Shown here: piece after piece, positions 50,217-63,672 of the stretch
Layout: every line of letters starts with the position of its first letter
Numbering within the stretch: the stretch's first letter is position 1
From: Octopus bimaculoides
Taxonomy: Eukaryota
Length of the DNA stretch: 64,000 nucleotides
Direction: 5' to 3'
Assembly: GCF_001194135.2 (NCBI RefSeq)
Contig: NC_068985.1
Span: 42,956,293-43,020,292 of the forward strand
Notes under the pieces: model-generated
What the model was told of the DNA's origin: nothing
Databases searched by the model: none
The model's input: only the letters and a program-made list of their open reading frames with translations
Program-made: the position numbers and the translations under genes

Positions 50217-51437
50217 TTAGACACATTAATACTGTATGTATCTGACATTATACAGTGTATATAATTGATATTTTGTATTATGATGTATTTGTTATATAAT
50301 CTCAAGATCAGTTTGAGATATAATGCTAAGATGAGTCTAAGATATGTAACATATATTTGACATATACAGTTAAGATATATTTGATATATAATCCAATAAT
50401 TAGTCTGAGATAGAGTGTTAAAATATAACTGAGTTGTAGTTTTAAGATGTATCTTACATATAACTCTTATGATATATCTGACATTTAGTTTTAGGAAATG
50501 AATGCGCCAAAGATTTAGGTATATCACAGTTACTATAAGCTATAATATCTGACTAACAAAATCTCAAAACATATCTTTTCATTACAGGGCATTATACAGG
50601 ACATAGGAAGTGATTTTATTACAAGCTACACTTACACACACACACACATATACATATATACAGAATTTAGACAAAATTAGAAAGTTTTAAGACTCACCAA
50701 ACTAATTAGGAATTTAATACAGAAAGTACCATCCATTTTTATGCTTCTATATCTTTCTTTTTGTTACTAGTTATATTCATTTGTTATGAGGTAATGGGTT
50801 TAATTAAGCATAAAGTCAAGCCAAGGATAGAAAAAGAAAGAAAATAGAGACAAACAGAAAAATTAAGTTTAGATATATTAATGTGAAAATATGATTATCA
50901 TGGATAATGTCTTATACACACACACACACACACACATATATGCAGAGAAAGAGAGAGAGAATAAATGTAGTATTGCAATTGTTTAATGTGCCACAGCAGC
51001 TGTGACACTGAGTGTGACACATATGGCACAGTATGTGTAAAGTTAATGACACAGTAGCAGTCTATAATCTCTAAATTATACATCTAAATCTCCCCCCTTC
51101 ACTCCCCTCTTCTCACTTTCTTGCTCTGTTACTGCTCCACCACACCCACACCCCCACACCCACCCCACCCCACCATACACATATGCACATAGTTTATTGC
51201 TAGCTAATTTTCTACTCACCTATCTATCTATCTATCTATCTAAGGAGAAGATTAAAAGATACATAAATTAACAAAATCCAAAGTTAAGGGCCTGTGTGCT
51301 AAGCAAGAAGGTTGTTGGTTGTAACAAATAAAACCAAGTGCTTCACTTGACTTCTGTCACCTAACACAAGGTTGTACTTTGAAGAACTGACTTCCTCTTC
51401 CTAGACAGAGCTGCTAGCCTTCAACATACACCTATTA

Positions 51438-51472
<35 letters not shown>

Positions 51473-51696
51473 AAACAAGTATTCTTTTATTCATAGATGT
51501 TTAAGTAGATGTTTTATACATAGATGTTTAAGTAGATACATAAACTCACATTATTAACAAAAATCTGGGTCTTATATAAAATAACCTAAAGCTTTAGTAA
51601 CATTAACCTCTCCACAATGAAACACCATCATCATTGTCTATATTATGGTCATATCAGTATCATATCTTCATGTAGTATTTATCATTACACACACAC

Positions 51697-51733
<37 letters not shown>

Positions 51734-51883
51734 NNNNNNNNNNGGCAGATAGACAGACAGACACAGAGAGAGAGCCAGTACTGTGATGGGAGTATATGGC
51801 ATGATTAGAATATGTATCTTTCATTGTGATGCATATAGTGTGATGACACTATATGTATATCCTTTACTATGATGTATATACAG

Positions 51884-53025
51884 CATCATCATTATCATCG
51901 TCGTTTAACGTCCACTTTCCATGCTGGCATTGGTTGGACGGTTTGACTGAGTGTTGGTGAGCCAGAAGGCTGCACCAGACTCCAATCTGATCTGGCAAAG
52001 TTTCTACAGCTGGATGCCCTTCCTAACGCCAGCCACTCCGAGAATGTAGTGGATACTTTTATGTGCCACCGGCACAAGGGCCAGTCAGGCGGTACTGGCA
52101 TCGCCCACGTTCAAGTGGTGCTTTTTACATGCCACTTGCACAGGAGTTAGTCCAGTGGCACTGGCAACGACTACCCTCAAATGGTGCTTTTTTTACGTGC
52201 CACTGGCACGGGAGCTGGTATGATCACACACGGATGGTGCTTTTAACGTTTCACTAGCATGGGTGGGTGCCAATCAGGCAGTACTGTCATCACTCACAAC
52301 AGCGATTCCACTTGCCTCAACAGGTCTTTGCAAGCATAGTTTATTGTCCAATGAATGAAGGGTACTCTTAAATGGCATAGGCCACAGTTATGGTCTCACT
52401 TGACCTGCCAGGTCTTCTCAGCATATCTTCAAAGGTCTTGGTCACTTGTCATTGCCTCGGTGAGGTCCAATGTTCAAAGGTCGGGCTTCACCACCTCATC
52501 CCAGGTCTTTCTGGGTCTACCTCTTCTGCAGGTTCCCTCAACTGCTAGGGCGTGACACACTGACATTACACATCCAGTGGAGCATACTGGCTTCATTCCT
52601 TGCAAGCTTATGCATGTCCTCAGCAGTCACGGCCCATGTTTCACTGCCATGTAGCATAGCTGTTTGCACACATGCGTCATACAGTCTACCTTTTACTCTG
52701 AGTGAGAGGCCCTATGTCACCAGTAGAGGTAGGAGCCCTCTGAACTTTGCCCAAGATATCCTTACTCTAGCAGCTACACTTTCAGAGCATGCACTCTCGC
52801 TACTGACTTGGTCACTTAGGTAACAGAAGCTATCAACTACTTGTAGTTTTTCCCTCTGGAATGTGACAGAAGCTGTTCTCTGCACATTTTCAGTATTTAT
52901 TGCTCATGAGCATTTGCCACACACAAAAACTATCTTCCCAGTTAGCCTTCCTTTGATATTGCTGCACCCCTTATGTGTCCATAGCTTACATTAGGTACAT
53001 CTTATGGAGTTTCTACCTAATAAGA
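51884..53025 (-). mobile_element. RTE LINE 3' portion (ORF2 C-terminus, UTR and tail) with an internal deletion of about 135 bp
   Basis: Reverse complement of the 58588-59506 copy; the segment between TGTAATGTCA and CCCTAGCAGTTG is absent. Confidence 0.92.
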
Positions 53026-54979
53026 CGGGGCTGAGGACTTGCAACACGAAACATCTTAAGTCTTTGGTCCTTACAACGCAGAACATTGTCAAATTTTTTC
53101 TTATCTGCTTCCCCTCTGGTTAAGTGTGTTTGTTTATGTATGTATATATATATATATATATATATAATGGAATTCATGGTAGAGGGGAAACCTAGAAAAG
53201 TTTAGGATGAAAATTGTGAATGCTGATCTTAAGATGCTGCATCTTACAGAGGAAATGAGGAAGACATATAGGCTGGCAATACACAGTGTTGTAGAAGACC
53301 TGATGCCTACAGGGAAAAATATTTTAACTGAAGGATATTGTTTAGAGGCTGAGACACTTTGTACTCTATCAAGCATACACCATACATCAGCTGCCCCACT
53401 CATCGTAAACCTTTTGATCCCACCCCTCCATCACCCTATTGCTCACTTCACCCCAAATAATCTTGCCATTTACATCATACTATTCCTTTTTTCCAGCCCA
53501 GCCATCCAGGTCTTCCTGACGTCATTGCTCTTTCTTCTAACCCCTTCCTTAGTCACCTAAGCAAATACACATGCTCTAGGTTATTGGTACTTACTTGCTC
53601 CCATCACCTACTTCTGATTTCATAGCTGGTAATGCCTCTGCCCAACACTTCCCCCTCTCTGGTCTACATGTTTTAAATCTGAGTACTCTCTACATTGTCT
53701 TGTGTACAAGCACCACTTCTCTTGCACAGATATCTCAACTGAAATCTGAAAACTCGCACTTCTGTAAAGTGACAGGTGAGTGAGACAACCTTTCTAGTGT
53801 TGGTACCATAAAATGTGCCCAATACACCTGATACAATGGTTAGTTGGCAAATTGAGCAGAGACTGCTAGGGTTCTAAGGTCCCTTTATTCAACCCCTCCA
53901 CTGTAGGTGGCACAAAAAAACAAAACCCTGTAAAGTGAAAAGTATCTCTTTCTCCCTTCCTCACCCGCACTCCTTTACCCACCCATTCAACACATCTCCC
54001 AATTTCTCATCTATATACAGTTTTATTGCTGTTGCACTCCATTCTTGTTCGCCATTCACTACATTCAGCCCTTACTCCCATCTCTAACCATCTGTCTGTC
54101 ACACTCTTGTGCACATACCTACCCACTCTTCCTGATCTTCTTTTATTATTCTCTCTTTTACTCACCTTCTCGTACCTTGTGATTATGTCCTAGCATCTTA
54201 CCATGACTAACTTTCTCACTACTAGTTACACCCACCCAGGCTTATAATAATAATATGGGGTAGCTATGCATCTCATCTACATCAAAACACCTGCTCCTGT
54301 CCCTATCATACTTTAATCTCTCAACACCTGGTATAAAGTCACTTCCCTCTTTATTACAACCTCACTCAGTGGGGCTCTTTTTTTTTTTTTTTTGGTCTTG
54401 TGAGTTACTTGGCAGTCTCATTAGCAACAGTTCCATAAAAAGAGCCCCAAGTACACTCTGTAAAGTGGTTGGCTTTAGGAAGAGCATACCAAAGCAGACA
54501 CAGTCTTCTGGCTGGTCAGATCCTGTAATACCATCCAGCACATGCTATCATGGAAGACCAACATGAAAAGCAGATGATGGTGTGTGTGTGTAAATATATA
54601 TTTGTATATATAAACATATATTTGTATCTATCTATCTATCTATATATATATATATATATTTGTATAAATATAATCAATATTGTAACACTGTTGTGGTACC
54701 AACATACAAAACATGTGACTTGGTGGTACCAAGAAGATACTGAGGCAGGTCATTCAGCATTAGTTATTTCAATTGACTATAATATATCTTTTTAAAAACA
54801 GTAGGGTAGTAATTTGAAGATGATTTGGTTGCTATTTCTATGAGTGTATCCACAAAGATGATCCTTGTTTAACTGATGTCCAACCGCTTTATAAAGAATG
54901 AAAAAAGAAAATTATATTCCTAAATATTGTTATCAACTAACTACCTCAATATCACGCATACGCACAGTTTTTCCATAAA

Positions 54980-55530
54980 CCATCCTATGATGCACCTGGG
55001 AATTTCATCATTGACGTTTCCTGGGATCAATAGGTGTGTTTTAAGTCTTTCAACAATCGGATGATGTTGGCTGATCAAATCACAACAGCTTGCATCCAGT
55101 TAGCACTACTCTTCCAGAGCTCACATCTCTTGATACATATCCACTTTGAGGCTGTGGATCTAGAGATGCTGCCACCATATCCAATTTGCTAGCTTTCCAC
55201 CTACTAACAGGTAGATTCTGCAGAGAGACTGACCTGCAAAACCTCTGCATTCCACCACAATGGGATAACACTTTGCTTGTCACTCATTGTTCTGGGATAA
55301 CTCCAACTCATTATATCTGATTCTCTTCTTTCCATTTGCCCCATCAATATGGTCCTCCCATAGAATAGAAAATTCTAACAGAACCACATACATGGATGTA
55401 TTCAGAATCAATAACATGTCTGGCTTTAGCTATACTGAGGCAACAGTTTCTGGGAACTTCAGCTCCTTCCTCAGGTGAACTTCCAGCTCCCAGTCTTGTG
55501 GCATTGCTAGCAGGCCTGGGGAGGTGGACC
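54980..55530 (-). mobile_element. Hero-clade-like non-LTR retrotransposon: REL endonuclease and 3'UTR, decayed
   Basis: Minus translation GLLAMPQDWELEVHLRKELKFPETVASV*LKPDMLLILNTSMYVVLLEFSILWEDHIDGANGKKRIRYNEL..CYPIVVECRGFAGQSLCRIY..ASKWICIKR. The LKFP..RPD..LELTVPWE..EVGCRGFAGQSLCR pattern is recalled as typical of Hero elements. Confidence 0.85.
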
Positions 55531-55544
55531 TGATTGATGTATGT

Positions 55545-56520
55545 ATGTATGTATCTTTTATCTTTTAATTATTATAAATCTTCCACTAAGGAGGGAGCCG
55601 GTTTCCATCAAAGATACAAGGCTCTATCTTTGGGATGTAGTTAACATAGACAAATTCATATTTGGAACTTGAGAAAAGTCTTGCATATTTTTTACTGTTC
55701 CACTCACAAATTGGACTTATAACATACAAATCAGCAGATCAATTTCTCTTTCTGAAAATCCCATTTTATCCAGATTCTCCTTTAAGCATTTACTAACAAA
55801 ACCTAGTGCTCCAATTATTATTGGTATGAATATGAATTCATAGTCTGGATTTAGAAGCTGGAGGTTTCAAAGCAGNNNNNNNNNNCTCCAATTATTATTG
55901 GTATGAATATGAATTCATAGTCTGGATTTAGAAGCTGGAGGTTTCAAAGCAGTTGTCCATAGATATCCTCTTTTTCTTTGATTTTCAAAGAGATATTTAT
56001 ACCTGCAGGGCAGCTAACCACTATGATGGTACATACCTTTGCCCATCTGTCCCAAAGTGTTATGCTTACATTTGACAGAAATTTTGATGGGAATATTCCA
56101 CCAGTATTCCTTGATTTCATGTTTATGAATGTATTCCATAACAGAGGGATTTTCTAAGTTTATTTCAGAACAGTCTCTTTTGCAGATGGCATTGCAAATT
56201 ATTTTAGCAACAACATAATCCACATAGGGAGGTAGTACCATGACAACATTTTAAGACAGCTGCTAATCACAAGCACAATGTCTTCCACAGAAACATGACA
56301 TAGCCTACACATGTGATTGCACCTTGGGATTACAAGAGCATCACTGTTTCTCTTTTTCACCAGGTATTTTGTGGCGATCTACTGTCTTCTTCAAGCTTCT
56401 GTGCAACATACACATGCATGGTCTTTTTGTTTTGTTTTTTTGTATGCTGAGTGCTTTCTATCCAGGTCTTCTCTGAGGTAAGAAAGCCCATCTATTTTGG
56501 GGCTGTATAGGAGATCATCA
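55545..56520 (-). mobile_element. REL-type (R4/R2-group) non-LTR element C-terminus: CCHC knuckle and restriction-like endonuclease, decayed
   Basis: MCRLCHVSVEDIVLVISSCLKM..YYLP..DYVVAKII..EYWWNIPIK..KCKHN..CTIIVVSCPAGINISLKIKEKEDIYGQLL*NLQLLNPDYEFIFIPIIIGALGFV..SGTVK..CKTFLKF. Confidence 0.85.
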
Positions 56521-56576
<56 letters not shown>

Positions 56577-56699
56577 GAGCGAGAGAGAGAGAGCGAGAGA
56601 GAGAGAGTGTGTGTGTGTGTGTGCACGCGCATGTGTGCGTGCATGCTTGTGTAGAACACAATCTCTAACATACAAAAAACAAAATATACAGTTTTAAAT

Positions 56700-58536
56700 G
56701 GTATGAACACCACAGCCAAAGAAATAGCCACTAAACTTAAAATAGATGATGGAGTAGACACATTAACACCAAAATACTTATATAATGCTATGAAAGATCA
56801 CAAATCAAACTCCTATGACAATCCATCTGTCAGATTTATAAATCCTTCATAACTGGATATAGGCATCATTAGTAAAAAAAAATCAGAAAAATTCTCACCA
56901 AAAATAAAAACAAAATTAACATTACCTCTCTGAAATAACAATTATGAAATAATACATTATTAAACAAGATTCCAAACAAAAATTAATGCCACTTCTTTCA
57001 GTTTAACATAAGAAGTTATTCTGCATCAACAACACAACTTATTCATATAGTTGCTTTGAACTTCACTAAAACCATAACCAACAACACCAAAATAGAAGCA
57101 ATATTACAACCAAGGAAATTGCTCCTCTCCTACAACAATGTTTTCTGGATTAAGAAAACCAATAAAGAACCATTTGATGTAAGCATGGGGGCCAAAGAAC
57201 TCAGTAGAGGTAGGAGACATTGTTGGTCTTTACATATAAGAAAACTTAACAAATTTCCATCTATCTCTGATGGTTTATATAGGAACAACAGTCTACTCCT
57301 ACTAAGAAACTACAATCCACAAAAAGCTGATAAATTTAGGAAGGAACAACATCACTTCTTCAAAAACTTGGGCTTCTCTATTATAGTAGAAACACAACTA
57401 AAGTCACTCAACTTCCAAGGTGTTATCCTTAACTTGGAATCCAGTATCTATAAATCCTACAAGAAAGATAGCAAAAAAATTCAGTATATCCATAAACAAT
57501 CCAACTACTCCAAAAGCATTATCTCTTAGACTTTCCTCTTTATCTTCAGATGAAAAATAGCAACTCCATAGAATGAAGCTCTCAATAACAGTGGTCACAA
57601 GGAAAAAGTGCAATATATAAACAACAAATCTCCCACAATAAATTAAATACATCAGGATAAAAAAAAGAAAATCATCTAGTTTAATGCTCCCTTCAACATA
57701 CAAATCTCCAAATCAATAGTTATTTTTTTAAATACTGCAAAAACACTTCCACCCCAACTAACAAACAATGTAAAATTATTGTACTCCACTATCAACAACT
57801 TTGAAAATAACTGTACCCAATTACAACCACCAAAAGTTGTTTGAAAGTGAAAACCTAAACCACACATACAATTGCAACTATAGAAAACCTTAATCTTACC
57901 CTCTAGAAGGAAATTGTCTCTCAAGAAATATTATATATAGCACAACAGTAACTACAAACACGACAGCAACTACTGAATCTACATATATAGGATCTACAGC
58001 AAACCAGTTCAAGACATTATACAGCCAACACATGCACACTTTTCACAAACCAGATAGGAAAAATGACATGTTACAACCCTTAAACATACAACCTACTTAC
58101 ATTCTTTTATGAACCCTAAAAAGTTCTATTACAGAAAAATGACATGCCTAATTACTAAGTTTTTAAATACTGGACTAAACTTTGAACTCTATATTTTCAA
58201 AGCAAAGTGTTAAATGCAATAAAATGAAAAATAACAAACTACTGATATATCCTATACCTACCTACCAAAAGGAGCATACCTAAATATTCACACCTGAGTA
58301 CAAAGTCCTACATACATGAATAAATTCTAAACAATAACTATCCCAAATTTAATCAATAAAAACCTCTCAAAAACACCTCTTTGTAACAGCCCACCCTAAA
58401 ACCTAATTACCACTCTACTGAAACCCACATACCCACGGAAGATTTTAACTCAATAGGGATTATATAAAGCTAGGTTAATTTTTATGCGTCACAGTCTGAT
58501 GATGGTTTAATTGGGTATAACTCTGAAGTCATTGTC
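56700..58536 (+). mobile_element. Penelope-like element (RT plus C-terminal GIY-YIG), multiply disrupted
   Basis: AKEIATKLKIDD..KDHKSNSYDNPSVRFINPS*LDIGIISKK; FDVSMGA; GLYRNNSL (decayed GLYRDDGL); YIHKQSNYSKSII; NCNYRK..YPLEGNCLSRNIIYS..TYIGSTANQFKTLYSQH. CTGATGA core at 58496. Confidence 0.9.
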
Positions 58537-58537
58537 A

Positions 58538-58587
<50 letters not shown>

Positions 58588-58589
<2 letters not shown>

Positions 58590-59506
58590 GTGACCAAGTT
58601 AGTAGTGGGGGAGGGTGCGCTGAAAGTGTAGCTGCTAGAATAAGAATAGCCTGGGTAAAGTTCAGAGAACTCTTACCTCTGCTGGTGACAAAGGGCCTCT
58701 CACTCAGAGTAAAAGGCAGACTGTATGATGCATGTGTACGAACAGCCATGCTACATGGCAGTGAAACATGGGCCATGACTGCTGAGGACATGCGTAAGCC
58801 AGCAAGGAATGAAGCCATTATGCTCCGATTGATGTGTAATGTCAGCATGCATACTCAACAGAATGTAAGTACCTTGAGAGAAAAGTTGAACCTAAGAAGC
58901 ATCAGTTGTGGTGTGCAAGAGAGACGATTGCGCTGGTATGGTCATGTGGCAAGAATGGATGAGGATAGCTGTGTGAAAAAGTGCTACACCCTAGCAGTTG
59001 AGGGAACCTGTGGAAGAGGTAGATCCAGGAAGACCTGGGATGAGGTGATGAAGCACGACCTTCGAACATTAGGCCTCACCGAGGCAATGACTTGTGACCG
59101 AGACCTTTGGAAATATACTGTGCATGAGAAGACCCAGTAAGCCAAGTGAGACCATAACCCGAGGCCTCTGCCAGGGGTGTAGCCAGCCCACTTGTGTGTA
59201 CCTTACCTTTCCTTCATTGGACACTAAACTCCGCTTGCAAAGACCTGTTGAGGCAAGTGAAATCGAAATCGAACCAAATTCGACAACTGGCACCCATGCC
59301 AACGTCTCCTTCAATGGACACTAAACTCAGCTTGCGAAGACTTGTTGAGGTAAGTGAAAGTGAAACCGTCCGAGCGTGATCGTTGCCAGAGCACCATTTG
59401 AGCGTGACCATTACCGGCATCACCTTCCTGGCACTTGTGCCGGTGGCACGTAAAAGCACCCACTACACTCTCGGAGTGGTTGGCATTAGGAAGGGCATCC
59501 AGCTGT
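58588..59506 (+). mobile_element. RTE LINE: open ORF2 C-terminus (to the stop at 59140) plus 3'UTR, cut by an N-gap
   Basis: GDQVSSGGGCAESVAARIRIAWVKFRELLPLL..KGRLYDACVRTAMLHGSETW..ERRLRWYGHVARM..GRGRSRKTWDEV; the UTR holds a duplicated GGACACTAAACTC..GTTGAGG.AAGTGAAA block. Confidence 0.95.
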
Positions 59507-59582
59507 NNNNNNNNNNNNNNNNNNNNNNNNNNNNNNNNNNNNNNNNNNNNNNNNNNNNNNNNNNNNNNNNNNNNNNNNNNNN

Positions 59583-59643
<61 letters not shown>

Positions 59644-62513
59644 TGCACATGCACACACAGACAAACATACAGACAGAGTGTGAAGAGCCAAATTTGAGAG
59701 AGTAAGGAATCATAACTGGAAGATTAGGGAATCCTTGGCCCAAAAAAGACCACTTGCTTTCTTGATATACAACAATATGTGAGTACTGTTGTTTGGATAT
59801 CACAGTAAAGTTGGTAGCAAATATCAAACCAGGAAGGAAGAGGCTGGGAGAGAGAACTGCCATAGTAGCTGTCTATGTGGAAGATAGATAGCTGGAGAGA
59901 GGGAACTGATTTATCAGAGCTAAAACTACCAACACTGTCAGACCTGTTCATCTTCCCAGCTTTGATCCCATTTAATTATTTTAAGTTGACAACCACAATT
60001 CACATCTCTGTAGGATCTTTCAGTACTTTGGAAATTCACACTTGATGACACTGAAGATAATAGTTTTTAAACTATGAGCACATATGTTGACCTTCTTTGT
60101 TTCACACAGCTAAATTTTACCCCCTAACCATATGTTAATATAAAACCATTCTTCAAAAAATCTTGTTGAAACAAAATGTTTTTATTGGAGAGAAAAAAAG
60201 AATAAAATTCCAAAACCAATATTAAAATAAGTTTATATGTCCACTTTGTAAGAAAATAAGAATATGGATAAGAACTAGAATGACAATTTCATGCTGTTGT
60301 GAATGTGATGAGTGCTACTTTATAAAAGTGTAAAATAGCCAGAATTTTGAGAAGATTATAAAACTTTTGTTACAAAATCAGATAACGTAGTCACTGATTT
60401 ATAGAAAATTACCTATCAGAGATAAGGCAAAGTGGTTAAGAACTGAAATTATATCAGAAATAATTACTGTGGGTCTAGGAATATATTATATATATATATA
60501 TATTTCTTTGCTAGATAGTACCTGAGATGAAGACAGAATGAACCAACTAAAATGTTATTCCAATCATAGAATGCCAAATGATTCTTAACCGGGAAATATT
60601 GAAATATTCGAATAAATATGTTTCCCCAACCACCACCAGTCCTGAAATTTGGATGCTTAGTTTAAAAACAGGATTATACAATTATTAATGAAGTTAAAAT
60701 TTTGATATGCTATGTGGTTGAACAACCTGCTAAAAACAGTAGCCAAATTTCCCTGAAATCCTATTATGGATAATTTTGTCCTAGATACACAAGAAACAAA
60801 TAGACAGGATGATCATAGCTGGAATGCATTTGATTATATCTTACCAGGAGTTATACAAGAACAATAGAAGCTAGTCTGTCACAGGCAATATTCTTAAATG
60901 TGCCACCACTTATTCCCAATAATAAGGGTAACCACTGAGATAGAAATAGGTAGTCTGATAACAGTCTCCCTCCACTGGGCCATTTCAACTCTACACCCTG
61001 TAAAATAATTCTAGCCAAAACACATGAGTGAACATATAGACACATGAATCAAGGACATCATGTGTTTGTTAAATCTGCCAGAAATAGCAGCCAAATCTCT
61101 TTGAAATTTCATCATACCAAAAGGAAAGTTATATTGAATAATGCAGGTTCTAGATGTGAAAGCAACATGAGATGGTCATGGCTGGATGGTTATGATTATA
61201 GATCTGCTGGATTAGAAACATAAAGTAAAGAAACATCAACACCACAAACAATGGCAACAAAAGCAGCAGCAGCAACTAACCACAGCCTTTTATAGATTTA
61301 GTTATTGTACAGAACTTTAAAAAGTTTTTGTTTTTTTTTAAACGGAAGAGTATCTGAGATATTCCTTCAAACAATTCTATATAGCCACTGCCCTTGAACC
61401 TTATGTGCCTCACCAAGACTGCTCTTGGGCCCTTTGTAACCTACTAAGATTCACTTATTGGAGGAACTCTTTGCTATGAAGAAATTATCTCTGACATTAT
61501 GCACTAAAGCTGATAAAAAGAAGATGAATGGTTTTATGTATGAAAATAGGATGAAAACTCAGACCTGAATTCATGATTCTCTCCTCTTGCCCCCAGTCCT
61601 GATTTTGTAATTAATACCAGAAATATTTAAGTGATTTGTTTATTTTATTTGAAGCAGCTGAATTAAAAACTGGTGCTGGTTTGGGTTGACAGAGTGTTAA
61701 ACTGTTGCTGGGTGAAAGGTTAAGTTCCATATTCCATTCACCAACACAATGTTGTGTTGACATTCAGTCTATTTATTGCTGTTTCAATCCACTTTAAATA
61801 GTTGCCATAGGTAGATTTATCCCCACCACCAATGTAGGCATGCAGAATTGAAAAATGAGTAATGGTAAGTTTTTAGCTTGCTGTATAGGATACAATCTTC
61901 TCAATGGGGTTGTAGTAGACAACAAGAAGCCCCTCCTATGAAACATCTCCTAAGAAATCTTTATATCCACAAGATAACTAGGGAATTCAATCTCCCAGTG
62001 ACACTTTCAACAGTATCAAACAGTTAAGATAACAAAAATAGACCATACAGCAACTGGCAACATTTTCCTCTGAAAGTAATATAGTCGTTATTGCTTCCCA
62101 AGACATTGAAGATGTGTTAGATGGGGAAGTGGTTGTCATACAGAAAGAAAAATAGCTTTAATGAATATTCCTTATTAAAGAAAAAAAAACTGTTTATCAC
62201 ATATTTAAGACTAAATGGTTTCTTTTTGAATTAATCAAGGAAGTCATTATATATGTAGTACTTCTGTCTGTTAGAAAATAATAATTCTATTGTAGGCACA
62301 AGGTCTGAAATTTTGGGGGAAGTGAGCTAGTTGATTATATCGGCCCAGTACTCAACTGGTACTTATTTTATCGACCTGCAAAAGGATGAAAGGTAAAGTA
62401 GATACGAGGGGCATTTGAACTTGGAACATAAAGCCAGAAGAAATTCCACAAAGCATTTTATCCAGCATGCTAACAATTCTGCCAGTTTACCACCTTAATA
62501 ATAACAACAACAA

Positions 62514-62995
62514 TTCTTTCTTTATTAGCCACAAGGACTGACAAAAATAAGATTGGACATTACAAAATATGAAGGACAAAGTAGGGTTACATAAAGTGTC
62601 GTGTAAAAAGTCGATAACAATGAAAAATAAAACAAAGAAAATACCTAAAAGAGGTAAGCAACACTGGGCTACTCATGGAGACCCCACAAATAAGTCACAA
62701 GTGCCCTGACCACTCAGGCAAGAGCCCTCTCCCCATCATTCTCTCTCTCTCAGCTTTGGAAACTCAAAAGTGCATGCTCAAAGTAAGCCCATTGACACAG
62801 ACCATCTTCGTCACATTCATCCAACTTTCAACAAATTTGCTGGAAGTCAGCACTTCTCTCTTTCCTTTTCAGATGGTATCTAAAAAAGTTGATGAGGGGT
62901 AGCCCTTACAGTCTAGACCACCACACAACTTCTTTTGCTATAACCACGAGACATGAAAATTGCCTACTCTTGCTGGCCAAAGGAAGGCGGTGGAA
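62514..62995 (-). mobile_element. Tx1/L1-like LINE 3' end
   Basis: FSCLVVIAKEVVWWSRL*GLPLINFFRYHLKRK..EVLTSSKFVESWMNVTKM; T-rich UTR ending CTAATAAAGAAAGAA. Confidence 0.65.
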
Positions 62996-63638
62996 CAAAT
63001 AATAATAATAATAAAGCTACCTTTATTATCATTATCATGGTCATAATTTGTTATTCTTCTGAGAGAAAAAAATAATGCAATGAGGAGAGATGTTTACTTT
63101 GAAAATAGTGCGGAAAAGGTTTCCACAGTGTTACAATGTACTTTCCCCTATAACAGGGGCTGTGAGGGACCAAAACAACACCTCCAATACTTGACAAACA
63201 CCTAAAAAAGAACATAATTAGAATTCCATCCTTAGTAATATACTGAGACTGATGAGATTGCTGATGGTGGTCTTAGTGGTAGTGATGATGGTGGTGGTAG
63301 TGGTGGTGACAGTGGTGGTAGTGGTGGTGACGGTAGTGATATTGGTGGTGTTGGTAATAAAAATAAATGGAGGGATACATACAATAATGATAATAACAGC
63401 AGTCTAATTTGCCCATTATTCAGCAAACCAGAGAAAAGGTCAAAGTGAAAACAGGAACCAAGGCAACTTCCAGCCTTCCATTTTTGACATACAATTAGAG
63501 AGGTCATCCAGCCTACACAACTACAACACACATGGGGAAAACTGTGACAGTGTGTCATGTTTGTGTAACATACACACACTCCAGCCTGCAGTCAGAGAAC
63601 AGTGAACACACTCTTACCTTCATTAGTCAGTGTCTGAG

Positions 63639-63672
<34 letters not shown>

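Noticed and set aside
55809-55952. 67-bp exact tandem duplication inside the REL element
   Set aside because: The copies flank a 10-N gap, a typical unmerged contig overlap.
61700-62200. Stop-free stretch IVVIASQDIEDVLDGEVVVIQKENSF (+) and faint RTE-like words (-)
   Set aside because: No start or splice support; the similarity is too weak to assign.
63075-63205. Minus-strand candidate exon CLSSIGGVVLVPHSPCYRGKYIVTLWKPFPHYFQ
   Set aside because: Good acceptor but mediocre donor and no recognisable homology.
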